A DNA stretch of 64,000 nucleotides from the NCBI RefSeq assembly GCF_009914755.1, contig NC_060935.1. The stretch is one strand, 5' to 3'. Shown here in pieces: positions 25,901-38,500 of this stretch. The position numbers and the translations under genes were made by a program. Source of the DNA: the human T2T-CHM13v2.0 reference genome, Homo sapiens. How positions within the stretch are numbered: the stretch's first letter is position 1; every line of letters begins with the position of its first letter. The notes under the pieces were generated by a model. It was not told where the DNA came from. It saw only the letters and a program-made list of their open reading frames with translations, and did not search any database.

Positions 25901-28900
25901 ATTCTCAGAAACTTCTTTGTGATGATTGCATTCGACTCACAGAGTTGAACATTCCTATAGATAGAGCAGGTTGTAAACAATCTTTTTGTAGAATCTGCGA
26001 TTGGAGATTTGGACTGCTTTGAGGCCTGCTGTAGTAAAGGAAATTACTTCATCTAAAAACCAAACGGAAGCATTCACAGACAATTCTTAGTGATCATTGC
26101 ATTGAACTAACAGAGCTGAACATTCCTTTAGATGGAGCAGTTTCCAAACCCACTTTCTGTAGAATCTGCAAGTGGATATTTGGACTTCTCTGAGGATTTC
26201 GTTGGAAACGGGATAAACTTCCCAGAACTACACGGAAGCATTGTGAGAAACTTCTTTGTGATGTTTGCATTCAACTCACAGAGTTGAACCTTGCTTTCAT
26301 AGTTCAGCTTTCAAACACTCTTTTTGTAGAATCTGCAAGTGGATATTTGGACCACTTTGTGGCCTTCCTTCGAAACGGGTATATCTTCACATCAAACCTA
26401 GACAGAAGCATTCTCAGAATGTTTCCTGTGATGACTGCATTCAACTCACAGAGGTGAATAATCCTGTTGATGGAGCACTTTTGAAACTCTCTTTCTTTGG
26501 ATTCTGCAAGTTGATATGTGGACCTCTGTGAAGATTTCGTTGGAAACGGGTTCATCTTCACAGAAAAACTAAACAGAAGCATTCTCAGAAACTGCTTTGT
26601 GATGTTTGTGTTCCACTTCAGGAATTGAACTTTCCTCTTGACAGAGCAGCTCTGAAACCCTCTTATTCTAGAATCTGCAAGTGGACATTTGGAGGGCTTT
26701 GAGGCCTGTGGTGGAAAAGGAAAATCTTCACATAAAAACTAGATGGAAGCATTCTCAGAAACTACTTTGTGATGATTGCATTCGACTCACAGAGTTGAAC
26801 ATTCCTATAGATAGAGCAGGTTGTAAACAATCTTTTTGTAGAATCTGCGATTGGAGATTTGGACTGCTTTGAGGCCTACTGTAGTAAAGGAAATAACTTC
26901 ATCTAAAAACCAAACGGAAGCATTCACAGACAATTCTTAGTGATCATTGCATTGAACTAACAGAGCTGAACATTCCTTTAGATGGCGCAGTTTCCAAACA
27001 CACTTTCTGTAGAATCTGCAAGTGGATATTTGGACTTCTCTGAGGATTTCGTTGGAAACGGGATAAACTTCCCAGAACTACACGGAAGCATTGTGAGAAA
27101 CTTCTTTGTGATGTTTGCATTCAACTCACAGAGTTGAAACTTGCTTTCATAGTTCAGCTTTCAAACACTCTTTTTGTAGAATCTGCAAGTGGATATTTGG
27201 ACCATTTTGTGGCCTTCCTTCGAAACGGGTATATCTTCACATCAAACCTAGACATAAGCATTCTCAGAATGTTTCCTGTGAAGACTGCATTCAACTCACA
27301 GAGATGAACAATCCTGTTGATGGAGCACTTTGAAAACTCTCTTTCTTTGGATTCTGCAAGTTGATATGTGGACCTCTGTGAAGATTTCGTTGGAAACGGG
27401 TTCATCTTCACAGAAAAACTAAACAGAAGCATTCTCAAAAACTACTTTGTGATGTTTGTGTTCCACTTCAAGAATTGAACTTTCCTCTTGACAGAGCAGT
27501 TCTGAAAACCTCTTTTTCTAGAATCTGCAAGTGGACATTTGGAGGGCTTTGAGGCCTGTGGTGGAAAAGGAAAATCTTCACATAAAAACTAGATGGAAGC
27601 ATTCTCAGAAACTACTTTGTGATGATTGCATTCGACGCACAGAGTTGAACATTCCTATAGATAGAGCAGGTTGTAAACAATCTTTTTGTAGAATCTGCGA
27701 TTGGAGATTTGGACTGCTTTGAGGCCTACTGTAGTAAAGGAAATAACTTCATCTAAAAACCAAACGGAAGCATTCACAGACAATTCTTAGTGATCATTGC
27801 ATTGAACTAACAGAGCTGAACATTCCTTTAGATGGCGCAGTTTCCAAACACACTTTCTGTAGAATCTGCAAGTGGATATTTGGACCTCTCTGAGGATTTC
27901 GTTGGAAACGGGATAAACTTCCCAGAACTACACGGAAGCATGCTGAGAAACTTCTTTGTGATGTTTGCATTCAACTCACAGAGTTGAACCTTGCTTTCAT
28001 AGTTCAGCTTTCAAACACTCTTTTTGTAGAATCTGCAAGTCGATATTTGGACCACTTTGTGGCCTTCCTTCGAAACGGGTATATCTTCACATCAAACCTA
28101 GACAGAAGCATTCTCAGAATGTTTCCTGTGATGACTGCATTCAACTCACAGAGGTGAACAATCCTGCTGATGGAGCAATTTTGAAACTCTCTTTCTTTGG
28201 ATTCTGCAAGTGGATATGTGGACCTCTGTGAAGATTTCGTTGGAAACGGGTTCATCTTCACAGAAAAACTAAACAGAAGCATTCTCAGAAACTGCTTTGT
28301 GATGTTTGTGTTCCACTTCAGGAATTGAACTTTCCTCTTGACAGAGCAGCTCTGAAACCCTCTTATTCTAGAATCTGCAAGTGGACATTTGGAGGGGTTT
28401 GAGGCCTGTGGTGGAAAAGGAAAATCTTCACATAAAAACTAGATGGAAGCATTCTCAGAAACTACTTTGTGATGATTGCATTCCACTCACAGAGTTGAAC
28501 ATTCCTATAGATAGAGCAGGTTGTAAACAATCTTTTTGTAGAATCTGCGATTGGAGATTTGGACTGCTTTGAGGCCTACTGTAGTAAAGGAAATAACTTC
28601 ATCTAAAAACCAAACGGAAGCATTCACAGACAATTCTTAGTGATCATTGCATTGAACTAACAGAGCTGAACATTCCTTTAGATGGCGCAGTTTCCAAACA
28701 CACTTTCTGTAGAATCTGCAAGTGGATATTTGGACTTCTCTGAGGATTTCGTTGAAAACGGGATAAACTTCCCAGAACTACACGGAAGCATTGTGAGAAA
28801 CTTCTTTGTGATGTTTGCATTCAACTCACAGAGTTGAAACTTGCTTTCATAGTTCAGCTTTCAAACACTCTTTTTGTAGAATCTGCAAGTGGATATTTGG

Positions 28901-29470
28901 ACCACTTTGTGGCCTTCCTTCGAAACGGGTATATCTTCACATCAAACCTAGACATAAGCATTCTCAGAATGTTTCCTGTGAAGACTGCATTCAACTCACA
29001 GAGATGAAGAATCCTGTTGATGGAGCACTTTGGAAACTCTCTTTCTTTGGATTCTGGAAGTTGATATGTGGACCTCTGTGAAGATTTCGTTGGAAACGGG
29101 TTCATCTTCACAGAAAAACTAAACAGAAGCATTCTCAAAAACTACTTTGTGATGTTTGTGTTCCACTTCAAGAATTGAACTTTCCTCTTGACAGAGCAGT
29201 TCTGAAAACCTCTTTTTCTAGGATCTGCAAGTGGACATTTGGAGGGCTTTGAGGCCTGTGGTGGAAAAGGAAAATCTTCACATAAAAACTAGATGGAAGC
29301 ATTCTCAGAAACTACTTTGTGATGATTGCATTCGACTCACAGAGTTGAACATTCCTATAGATAGAGCAGGTTGTAAACAATCTTTTTGTAGAATCTGCGA
29401 TTGGAGATTCGGACTGCTTTGAGGCCTACTGTAGTAAAGGAAATAACTTCATCTAAAAACCAAACGGAAG

Positions 29471-30150
29471 CATTCACAGACAATTCTTAGTGATCATTGC
29501 ATTGAACTAACAGAGCTGAACATTCCTTTACATGGCGCAGTTTCCAAACACACTTTCTGTAGAATCTGCAAGTGGATATTTGGACCTCTCTGATGATTTC
29601 GTTGGAAACGGGATAAACTTCCCAGAACTACACGGAAGCATGCTGAGAAACTTCTTTGTGATGTTTGCATTCAACTCACAGAGTTGAACCTTGCTTTCAT
29701 AGTTCAGCTTTCAAACACTCTTTTTGTAGAATCTGCAAGTGGATATTTGGACCACTTTGTGGCCTTCCTTCGAAACGGGTATATCTTCACATGAAACCTA
29801 GACAGAAGCATTCTCAGAATGTTTCCTGTGATGACTGCATTCAACTCACAGAGGTGAACAATCCTGCTGATGGAGCAGTTTTGAAACTCTCTTTCTTTGG
29901 ATTCTGCAAGTGGATATGTGGACCTCTGTGAAGATTTCGTTGGAAACGGGTTCATCTTCACAGAAAAACTAAACAGAAGCATTCTCAGAAACTACTTTGT
30001 GATGATTGCATTCGACTCACAGAGTTGAACATTCCTATAGATAGAGCAGGTTGTAAACAATCCTTTTGTAGAATCTGCGATTGGAGATTTGGACTGCTTT
30101 GAGGCCTACTGTAGTAAAGGAAATAACTTCATCTAAAAACCAAACGGAAG
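29471..30150 (+). repeat. 4-mer HOR variant (680 bp) lacking monomer D, copy 1
   Basis: The end of C (aaactaaacagaagc) joins the start of E (attctcagaaactactttgtgatgattgcattcgac) at about 29976-29993. ORF spacing 29665 to 30345 is 680. Confidence 0.94.
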
Positions 30151-31848
30151 CATTTACAGACAATTCTTAGTGATCATTGGATTGAACTAACAGAGCTGAA
30201 CATTCCTTTAGATGGAGCAGTTTCCAAACCCACTTTCTGTGGAATCTGCAAGTGGATATTTGGACTTCTCTGAGGATTTCGTTGGAAACGGGATAAACTT
30301 CCCAGAACTACAGGGAAGCATTGTGAGAAACATCTTTGTGATGTTTGCATTCAACTCACAGAGTTGAACCTTGCTTTCATAGTTCAGCTTTCAAACACTC
30401 TTTTTGTAGAATCTGCAAGTGGATATTTGGACCACTTTGTGGCCTTCCTTCGAAACGGGTATATCTTCACATCAAACCTAGACAGAAGCATTCTCAGAAT
30501 GTTTCCTGTGATGACTGCATTCAACTCACAGAGGTGAACAATCCTGTTGATGGAGCACTTTTGAAACTCTCTTTCTTTGGATTCTGCAAGTGGATATGTG
30601 GACCTCTGTGAAGATTTCGTTGGAAAGGGGTTCATCTTCACAGAAAAACTAAACAGAAACATTCTCAGAAACTGCTTTGTGATGTTTGTGTTCCACTTCA
30701 GGAATTGAACTTTCCTCTTGACAGAGCAGCTCTGAAACCCTCTTATTCTAGAATCTGCAAGTGGACATTTGGAGGGCTTTGAGGCCTGTGGTGGAAAAGG
30801 AAAATCTTCACATAAAAACTAGATGGAAGCATTCTCAGAAACTACTTTGTGATGATTGAATTCGACTCACAGAGTTGAACATTCGTATAGATAGAGCAGG
30901 TTGTAAACAATCTTTTTGTAGAATCTGCGATTGGAGATTTGGACTGCTTTGAGGCCTACTGTAGTAAAGGAAATAACTTCATCTAAAAACCAAACGGAAG
31001 CATTCACAGACAATTCTTAGTGATCATTGGATTGAACTAACAGAGCTGAACATTCCTTTAGATGGCGCAGTTTCCAAACACACTTTCTGTAGAATCTGCA
31101 AGTGGATATTTGGACTTCTCTGAGGATTTCGTTGGAAACGGGATAAACTTCCCAGAACTACACGGAAGCATTGTGAGAAACTTCTTTGTGATGTTTGCAT
31201 TCAACTGACAGAGTTGAACCTTGCTTTCATAGTTCAGCTTTCAAACACTCTTTTTGTAGAATCTGCAAGTGGATATTTGGACCACTTTGTGGCCTTCCTT
31301 CGAAACGGGTATATCTTCACATCAAACCTAGACATAAGCATTCTCAGAATGTTTCCTGTGAAGACTGCATTCAACTCACAGAGATGAACAATCCTGTTGA
31401 TGGAGCACTTTGGAAAATCTTTCTTTGGATTCTGCAAGTTGATATGTGGACCTCTGTGAAGATTTCGTTGGAAACGGGTTCATCTTCACAGAAAAACTAA
31501 ACAGAAGCATTCTCAAAACCTACTTTGTGATGTTTGTGTTCCACTTCAAAAATTGAACTTTCCTCTTGACAGAGCAGCTCTGAAAACCTCTTTTTCTAGA
31601 ATCTGCAAGTGGACATTTGGAGGGCTTTGAGGCCTGTGGTTGAAAAGGAAAATCTTCACATAAAAACTAGATGGAAGCATTCTCAGAAACTACTTTGTGA
31701 TGATTGCATTCGACTCACAGAGTTGAACATTCCTATAGATAGAGCAGGTTGTAAACAATCTTTTTGTAGAATCTGCGATTGGAGATTCGGACTGCTTTGA
31801 GGCCTACTGTAGTAAAGGAAATAACTTCATCTAAAAACCAAACGGAAG

Positions 31849-32528
31849 CATTCACAGACAATTCTTAGTGATCATTGCATTGAACTAACAGAGCTGAACA
31901 TTCCTTTACATGGCGCAGTTTCGAAACACACTTTCTGTAGAATCTGCAAGTGGATATTTGGACCTCTCTGAGGATTTCGTTGGAAACGGGATAAACTTCC
32001 CAGAACTACACGGAAGCATGCTGAGAAACTTCTTTGTGATGTTTGCATTCAACTCACAGAGTTGAACCTTGCTTTCATAGTTCAGCTTTCAAACACTCTT
32101 TTTGTAGAATCTGCAAGTGGATATTTGGACCACTTTGTGGCCTTCCTTCGAAACGGGTATATCTTCACATCAAACCTAGACAGAAGCATTCTCAGAATGT
32201 TTCCTGTGATGACTGCATTCAACTCACAGAGGTGAACAATCCTGCTGATGGAGCAGTTTTGAAACTCTCTTTCTTTGGATTCTGCAAGTGGATATGTGGA
32301 CCTCTGTGAAGATTTCGTTGGAAACGGGTTCATCTTCACAGAAAAACTAAACAGAAGCATTCTCAGAAACTACTTTGTGATGATTGCATTCGACTCACAG
32401 AGTTGAACATTCCTATAGATAGAGCAGGTTGTAAACAATCTTTTTGTAGAATCTGCGATTGGAGATTTGGACTGCTTTGAGGCCAACTGTAGTAAAGGAA
32501 ATAACTTCATCTTAAAACCAAACGGAAG
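31849..32528 (+). repeat. 4-mer HOR variant (680 bp) lacking monomer D, copy 2
   Basis: The same C-to-E junction occurs at about 32354-32371. ORF spacing 32043 to 32723 is 680. Confidence 0.94.
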
Positions 32529-35500
32529 CATTCACAGACAATTCTTAGTGATCATTGTATTGAACTAACAGAGCTGAACATTCCTTTAGATGGCGCAGTT
32601 TCCAAACACACTTTCTGTAGAATCTGCAAGTGGATATTTGGACCTCTCTGAGGATTTCGTTGGAAACGGGATAAAATTCCCAGAACTACACGGAAGCATT
32701 CTGAGAAACTTCTTTGTGATGTTTGCATTCAACTCACAGAGTTGAACCTTGCTTTCATAGTTCAGCTTTCAAACCCTCTTTTTGTAGAATCTGCAAGTGG
32801 ATATTTGGACCACTTTGTGGCCTTCCTTCGAAACGGATATATCTTCACATCAAACCTAGACAGAAGCATTCTCAGAATGTTTCCTGTGATGACTGCATTC
32901 AACTCACAGAGGTGAACAATCCTGCTGATGGAGCAGTTTTGAAACTCTCTTTCTTTGGATTCTGCAAGTGGATATGTGGACCTCTGTGAAGATTTCGTTG
33001 GAAACGGGTTCATCTTCACAGAAAAACTAAACAGAAGCATTCTCAGAAACTGCTTTGTGATGTTTGTGTTCCACTTCAGGAATTGAACTTTCCTCTTGAC
33101 AGAGCAGCTCTGAAACCCTCTTATTCTAGAATCTGCAAGTGGACATTTGGAGGGCTTTGAGGCCTGTGGTGGAAAAGGAAAATCTTCACATAAAAACTAG
33201 ATGGAAGCATTCTCAGAAACTACTTTGTGATGATTGCATTCGACTCACAGAGTTGAACATTCCTATAGATAGAGCAGGTTGTAAACAATCTTTTTCTAGA
33301 ATCTGCTATTGGAGATTTGGACTGCTTTGAGGCCTACTGTAGTAAAGGAAATAACTTCATCTAAAAACCAAACGGAAGCATTCACAGACAATTCTCAGTG
33401 ATCATTGGATTGAACTAACAGAGCTGAACATTCCTTTAGATGGAGCAGTTTCCAAACACACTTTCTGTAGAATCTGCAAGTGGATATTTGGACTTCTCTG
33501 AGAATTTCGTTGGAAACGGGATAAACTTCCCAGAACTACACGGAAGCATTGTGAGAAACTTCTTTGTGATGTTTGCATTCAACTCACAGAGTTGAACCTT
33601 GCTTTCATAGTTCAGCTTTCAAACACTCTTTTTGTAGAATCTGCAAGTGGATATTTGGACCACTTTGTGGCCTTCCTTCGAAACGGGTATATCTTCACAT
33701 CAAACCTAGACAGAAGCATTCTCAGAATGTTTCCTGTGATGACTGCATTCAACTCACAGAGGTGAACAATCCTGCTGATGGAGCAGTTTTGAAACTCTCT
33801 TTCTTTGGATTCTGCAAGTGGATATGTTGACCTCTGTGAAGATTTCGTTGGAAACGGGTTCATCTTCACAGAAAAACTAAACAGGAGCATTCTCAGAAAC
33901 TGCTTTGTGATGTTTGTGTTCCACTTCAAGAATTGAACTTTCCTCTTGACAGAGCAGCTCTGAAACCCTCTTTTTCTAGAATCTGCAAGTGGACATTTGG
34001 AGGGATTTGAGGCCTGTGGTGGAAAAGGAAAATCTTCACATAAAAACTAGATGGAAGCATTCTCAGAAACTACTTTGTGATGATTGCATTCGACTCACAG
34101 AGTTGAACATTCCTATAGATAGAGCAGGTTGTAAACAATCTTTTTGTAGAATCTGCGATTGGAGATTTGGACTGCTTTGAGGCCTACTGTAGTAAAGGAA
34201 ATAACTTCATCTAAAAACCAAACGGAAGCATTTACAGACAATTCTTAGTGATCATTGGATTGAACTAACAGAGCTGAACATTCCTTTAGATGGAGCAGTT
34301 TCCACACCCACTTTCTGTAGAATCTGCAAGTGGATATTTGGACTTCTCTGAGGATTTCGTTGGAAACGGGATAAACTTCCCAGAACTACAGGGAAGCATT
34401 GTGAGAAATTTCTTTGTGATGTTTGCATTCAACTCACAGAGTTGAACCTTGCTTTCATAGTTCAGCTTTCAAACACTCTTTTTGTAGAATCTGCAAGTGG
34501 ATATTTGGACCACTTTGTGGCCTTCCTTCGAAACGGGTATATCTTCACATCAAACCTAGACAGAAGCATTCTCAGAATGTTTCCTGTGATGACTGCATTC
34601 AACTCACAGAGGTGAACAATCCTATTGATGGAGCACTTTTGAAACTCTCTTTCTTTGGATTCTGCAAGTTGATATGTGGACCTCTGTGAAGATTTCATTG
34701 GAAACGGGTTCATCTTAACAGAAAAACTAAACAGAAGCATTCTCAGAAACTACTTTGTGATGTTTGTGTTCCACTTCAAGAATTGAACTTTCCTCTTGAC
34801 AGAGCAGCTCTGAAACCCTCTTTTTCTAGAATCTGCAAGTGGACATTTGGAGGGCTTTGAGGCCTGTGGTGGAAAAGGAAAATCTTCACATAAAAACTAG
34901 ATGGAAGCATTCTCAGAAACTACTTTGTGATGATTGCATTCGTCTCACAGAGTTGAACAATCCTATAGATAGAGCAGGTTGTAAACAATCTTTTTGTAGA
35001 ATCTGCGATTGGAGATTTGGACTGCTTTGAGGCCTACTGTAGTAAAGGAAATAACTTCATCTAAAAACCAAACGGAAGCATTCACAGACAATTCTTAGTG
35101 ATCATTGCATTGAACTAAGAGAGCTGAACATTCCTTTAGATGGTGCAGTTTCCAAACACACTTTCTGTAGAATCTGCAAGTGGATATTTGGACCTCTCTG
35201 AGGATTTCGTTGGAAATGGGATAAACTTCCCAGAACTACACAGAAGCATTCTGAGAAACTTCTTTGTGATGTTTGCATTCAACTCACAGAGTTGAACCTT
35301 GCTTTCATAGTTCAGCTTTCAAACACTCTTTTTGTAGAATCTGCAAGTGGATATTTGGACCACTTTGTAGCCTTCCTTCGAAACGGGTATATCTTCACAT
35401 CAAACCTAGACAGAAGCATTCTCAGAATGTTTCCTGTCATGACTGCCTTCAACTCCCAGAGGTGAACAATCCTGCTGATGGAGCAGTTTTGAACCTCTCT

Positions 35501-38500
35501 TTCTTTGGATTCTGCAAGTGGATATGTGTACCACTGTGAAGATTTCGTTGGAAACGGGTTCATCTTCACAGAAAAACTAAACAGAAGCATTCTCAGAAAC
35601 TGCTTTGTGATGTTTGTGTTCCACTTCAGGAATTGAACTTTCCTCTTGACAGAGCAGCTCTGAAACCCTCTTTTTCTAGAATCTGCAAGTGGACATTTGG
35701 AGGGCTTTGAGGCCTGTGGTGGAAAAGGAAAATCTTCACATAAAAACTTTATGGAAGCATTCTCAGAAACTTCTTTGTGATCATTGCATTCGACTCACAG
35801 AGTTGAACATTCCTATAGATAGAGCAGGTTGTAAACAATCTTTTTGTAGAATCTGCGATTGGAGATTTGGACTGCTTTGAGGCCTACTGTAGTAAAGGAA
35901 ATAACTTCATCTAAAAACCAAACGGAAGCATTCACAGACAATTCTTAGTGATCATTGCATTGAACTAACAGAGCTGAACATTCCTTTAGATGGAGCAGTT
36001 TCCAAACACACTTTCTGTAGAATCTGCAAGTGGATATTTGGACTTCTCTGAGGATTTCGTTGGAAACGGGATAAACTTCCCAGAACTACACGGAAGCATT
36101 GTGAGAATCTTCTTTGTGATGTTTGCATTCAACTCACAGAGTTGAACCTTGCTTTCATAGTTCAGCTTTCAAACACTCTTTTTGTAGAATCTGCAAGTGG
36201 ATATTTGGACCACATTGTGGCCTTCCTTCGAAACGGGTATATCTTCCCATCAAACCTAGACAGAAGCATTCTCAGAATGTTTCCTGTGATGACTGCATTC
36301 AACTCACAGAGGTGAACAATCCTGTTGATGGAGCACTTTTGAAACTCTCTTTCTTTGGATTCTGCAAGTTGATATGTGGACCTCTGTGAAGATTTCGTTG
36401 GAAACGGGTTCATCTTCACAGAAAAACTAAACAGAAGCATTCTCAGAAACTACTTTGTGATGTTTGTGTTCCACTTCAAGAATTGAACTTTCCTCTTGAC
36501 AGAGCAGCTCTGAAACCCTCTTTTTCTAGAATCTGCAAGTGGACATTTGGAGGGCTTTGAGGCCTGTGGTGGAAAAGGAAAATCTTCACATAAAAACTAG
36601 ATGGAAGCATTCTCAGAAACTACTTTGTGATGATTGCATTCGACTCACAGAGTTGAACATTCCTATAGATAGAGCAGGTTGTAAACAATCTTTTTGTAGA
36701 ATCTGCGATTGGGGATTTGGACTGCTTTGAGGCCTACTGTAGTAAAGGAAATAACTTCATCTAAAAACCAAACGGAAGCATTCACAGAAAATTCTTAGTG
36801 ATCATTGGATTGAACTAACAGAGCTGAACATTCCTTTAGATGGCGCAGTTTCCAAACACACTTTCTGTAGAATCTGCAAGTGGATATTTGGACCTCTGTG
36901 AGGATTTCGTTGGAAACGGGATATACTTCCCAGAACTACACGGAAGCATTCTGAGAAACTTCTTTGTGATGTTTGCATTCAACTCACAGGGTTGAAACTT
37001 GCTTTCATAGTTCAGCTTTCAAACACTCTTTTTGTAGAATCTGCAAGTGGATATTTGGACCACTTTGTGGCCTTCCTTCGAAACGGGTATATCTTCACAT
37101 CAAACCTAGACAGAAGCATTCTCAGAATGTTTCCTGTGATGACTGCATTCAACTCACAGAGGTGAACAATCCTGTTGATGGAGCAGTTTTGAAACTCTCT
37201 TTCTTTGGATTCTGCAAGTGGATATGTGGACCTCTGTGAAGATTTCGTTGGAAACGGGTTCATCTTCACAGAAAAACTAAACAGGAGCATTCTCAGAAAC
37301 TGCTTTGTGATGTTTGTGTTCCACTTCAGGAATTGAACTTTCCTCTTGACAGAGCAGCTCTGAAACCCTCTTTTTCTAGAATCTGCAAGTGGACATTTGG
37401 AGGGCTTTGAGGCCTGTGGTGGAAAAGGAAAATCTTCACATAAAAACTAGATGGAATCATTCTCAGAAACTACTTTGTGATGATTGCATTCGACTCACAG
37501 AGTTGAACATTCCTATAGATAGAGCAGGTTGTAAACAATCTTTTTGTAGAATCTGCGATTGGAGATTTGGACTGCTTTGAGGCCTACTGTAGTAAAGGAA
37601 AGAACTTCATCTAAAAACCAAACGGAAGCATTCACAGACAATTCTTAGTGATCATTGGATTGAACTAACAGAGCTGAACATTCCTTTAGATGGAGCAGTT
37701 TCCAAACACACTTTCTGTAGAATCTGCAAGTGGATATTTGGACCTCTCTGAGGATTTCGTTGGAAACGGGATAAACTTCCCAGAACTACACGGAAGCATT
37801 CTGAGAATGTTCTTTGTGATGTTTGCATTCAACTCACAGAGTTGAACATGGCTTTCATATTTCAGCTTTCAAACACTCTTTTTGTAGAATCTGCAAGTGG
37901 ATATTTGGACCACTTTGTGGCCTTCCTTCGAAACGGGTATATCTTCACATCAAACCTAGACAGAAGCATTCTCAGAATGTTTCCTGTGATGACTGCATTC
38001 AACTCACAGAGGTGAAAAATCCTGTTGATGGAGCAGTTTTGAAACTCTCTTTCTTTGGATTCTGCAAGTGGATATGTGGACCTCTGTGAAGATTTCGTTG
38101 GAAACGGGTTCATCTTCACAGAAAAACTAAACAGGAGCATTCTCAGAAACTGCTTTGTGATGTTTGTGTTCCACTTCAAGAATTGAACTTTCCTCTTGAC
38201 AGAGCAGCTCTGAAACCCTCTTTTTCTAGAATCTGCAAGTGGACATATGGAGGGCTTTGAGGCCTGTGGTGGAAAAGGAAAATCTTCACATAAAAACTAG
38301 ATGGAAGCATTCTCAGAAACTACTTTGTGATGATTGCATTCGACTCACGGAGTTGAACATTCCTATAGATAGAGCAGGTTGTAAACAATCTTTTTGTAGA
38401 ATCTGCGATTGGAGATTTGGACTGCTTTGAGGCCTACTGTAGTAAAGGAAATAACTTCATCTAAAAACCAAACGGAAGCATTCACAGACAATTCTTAGTG

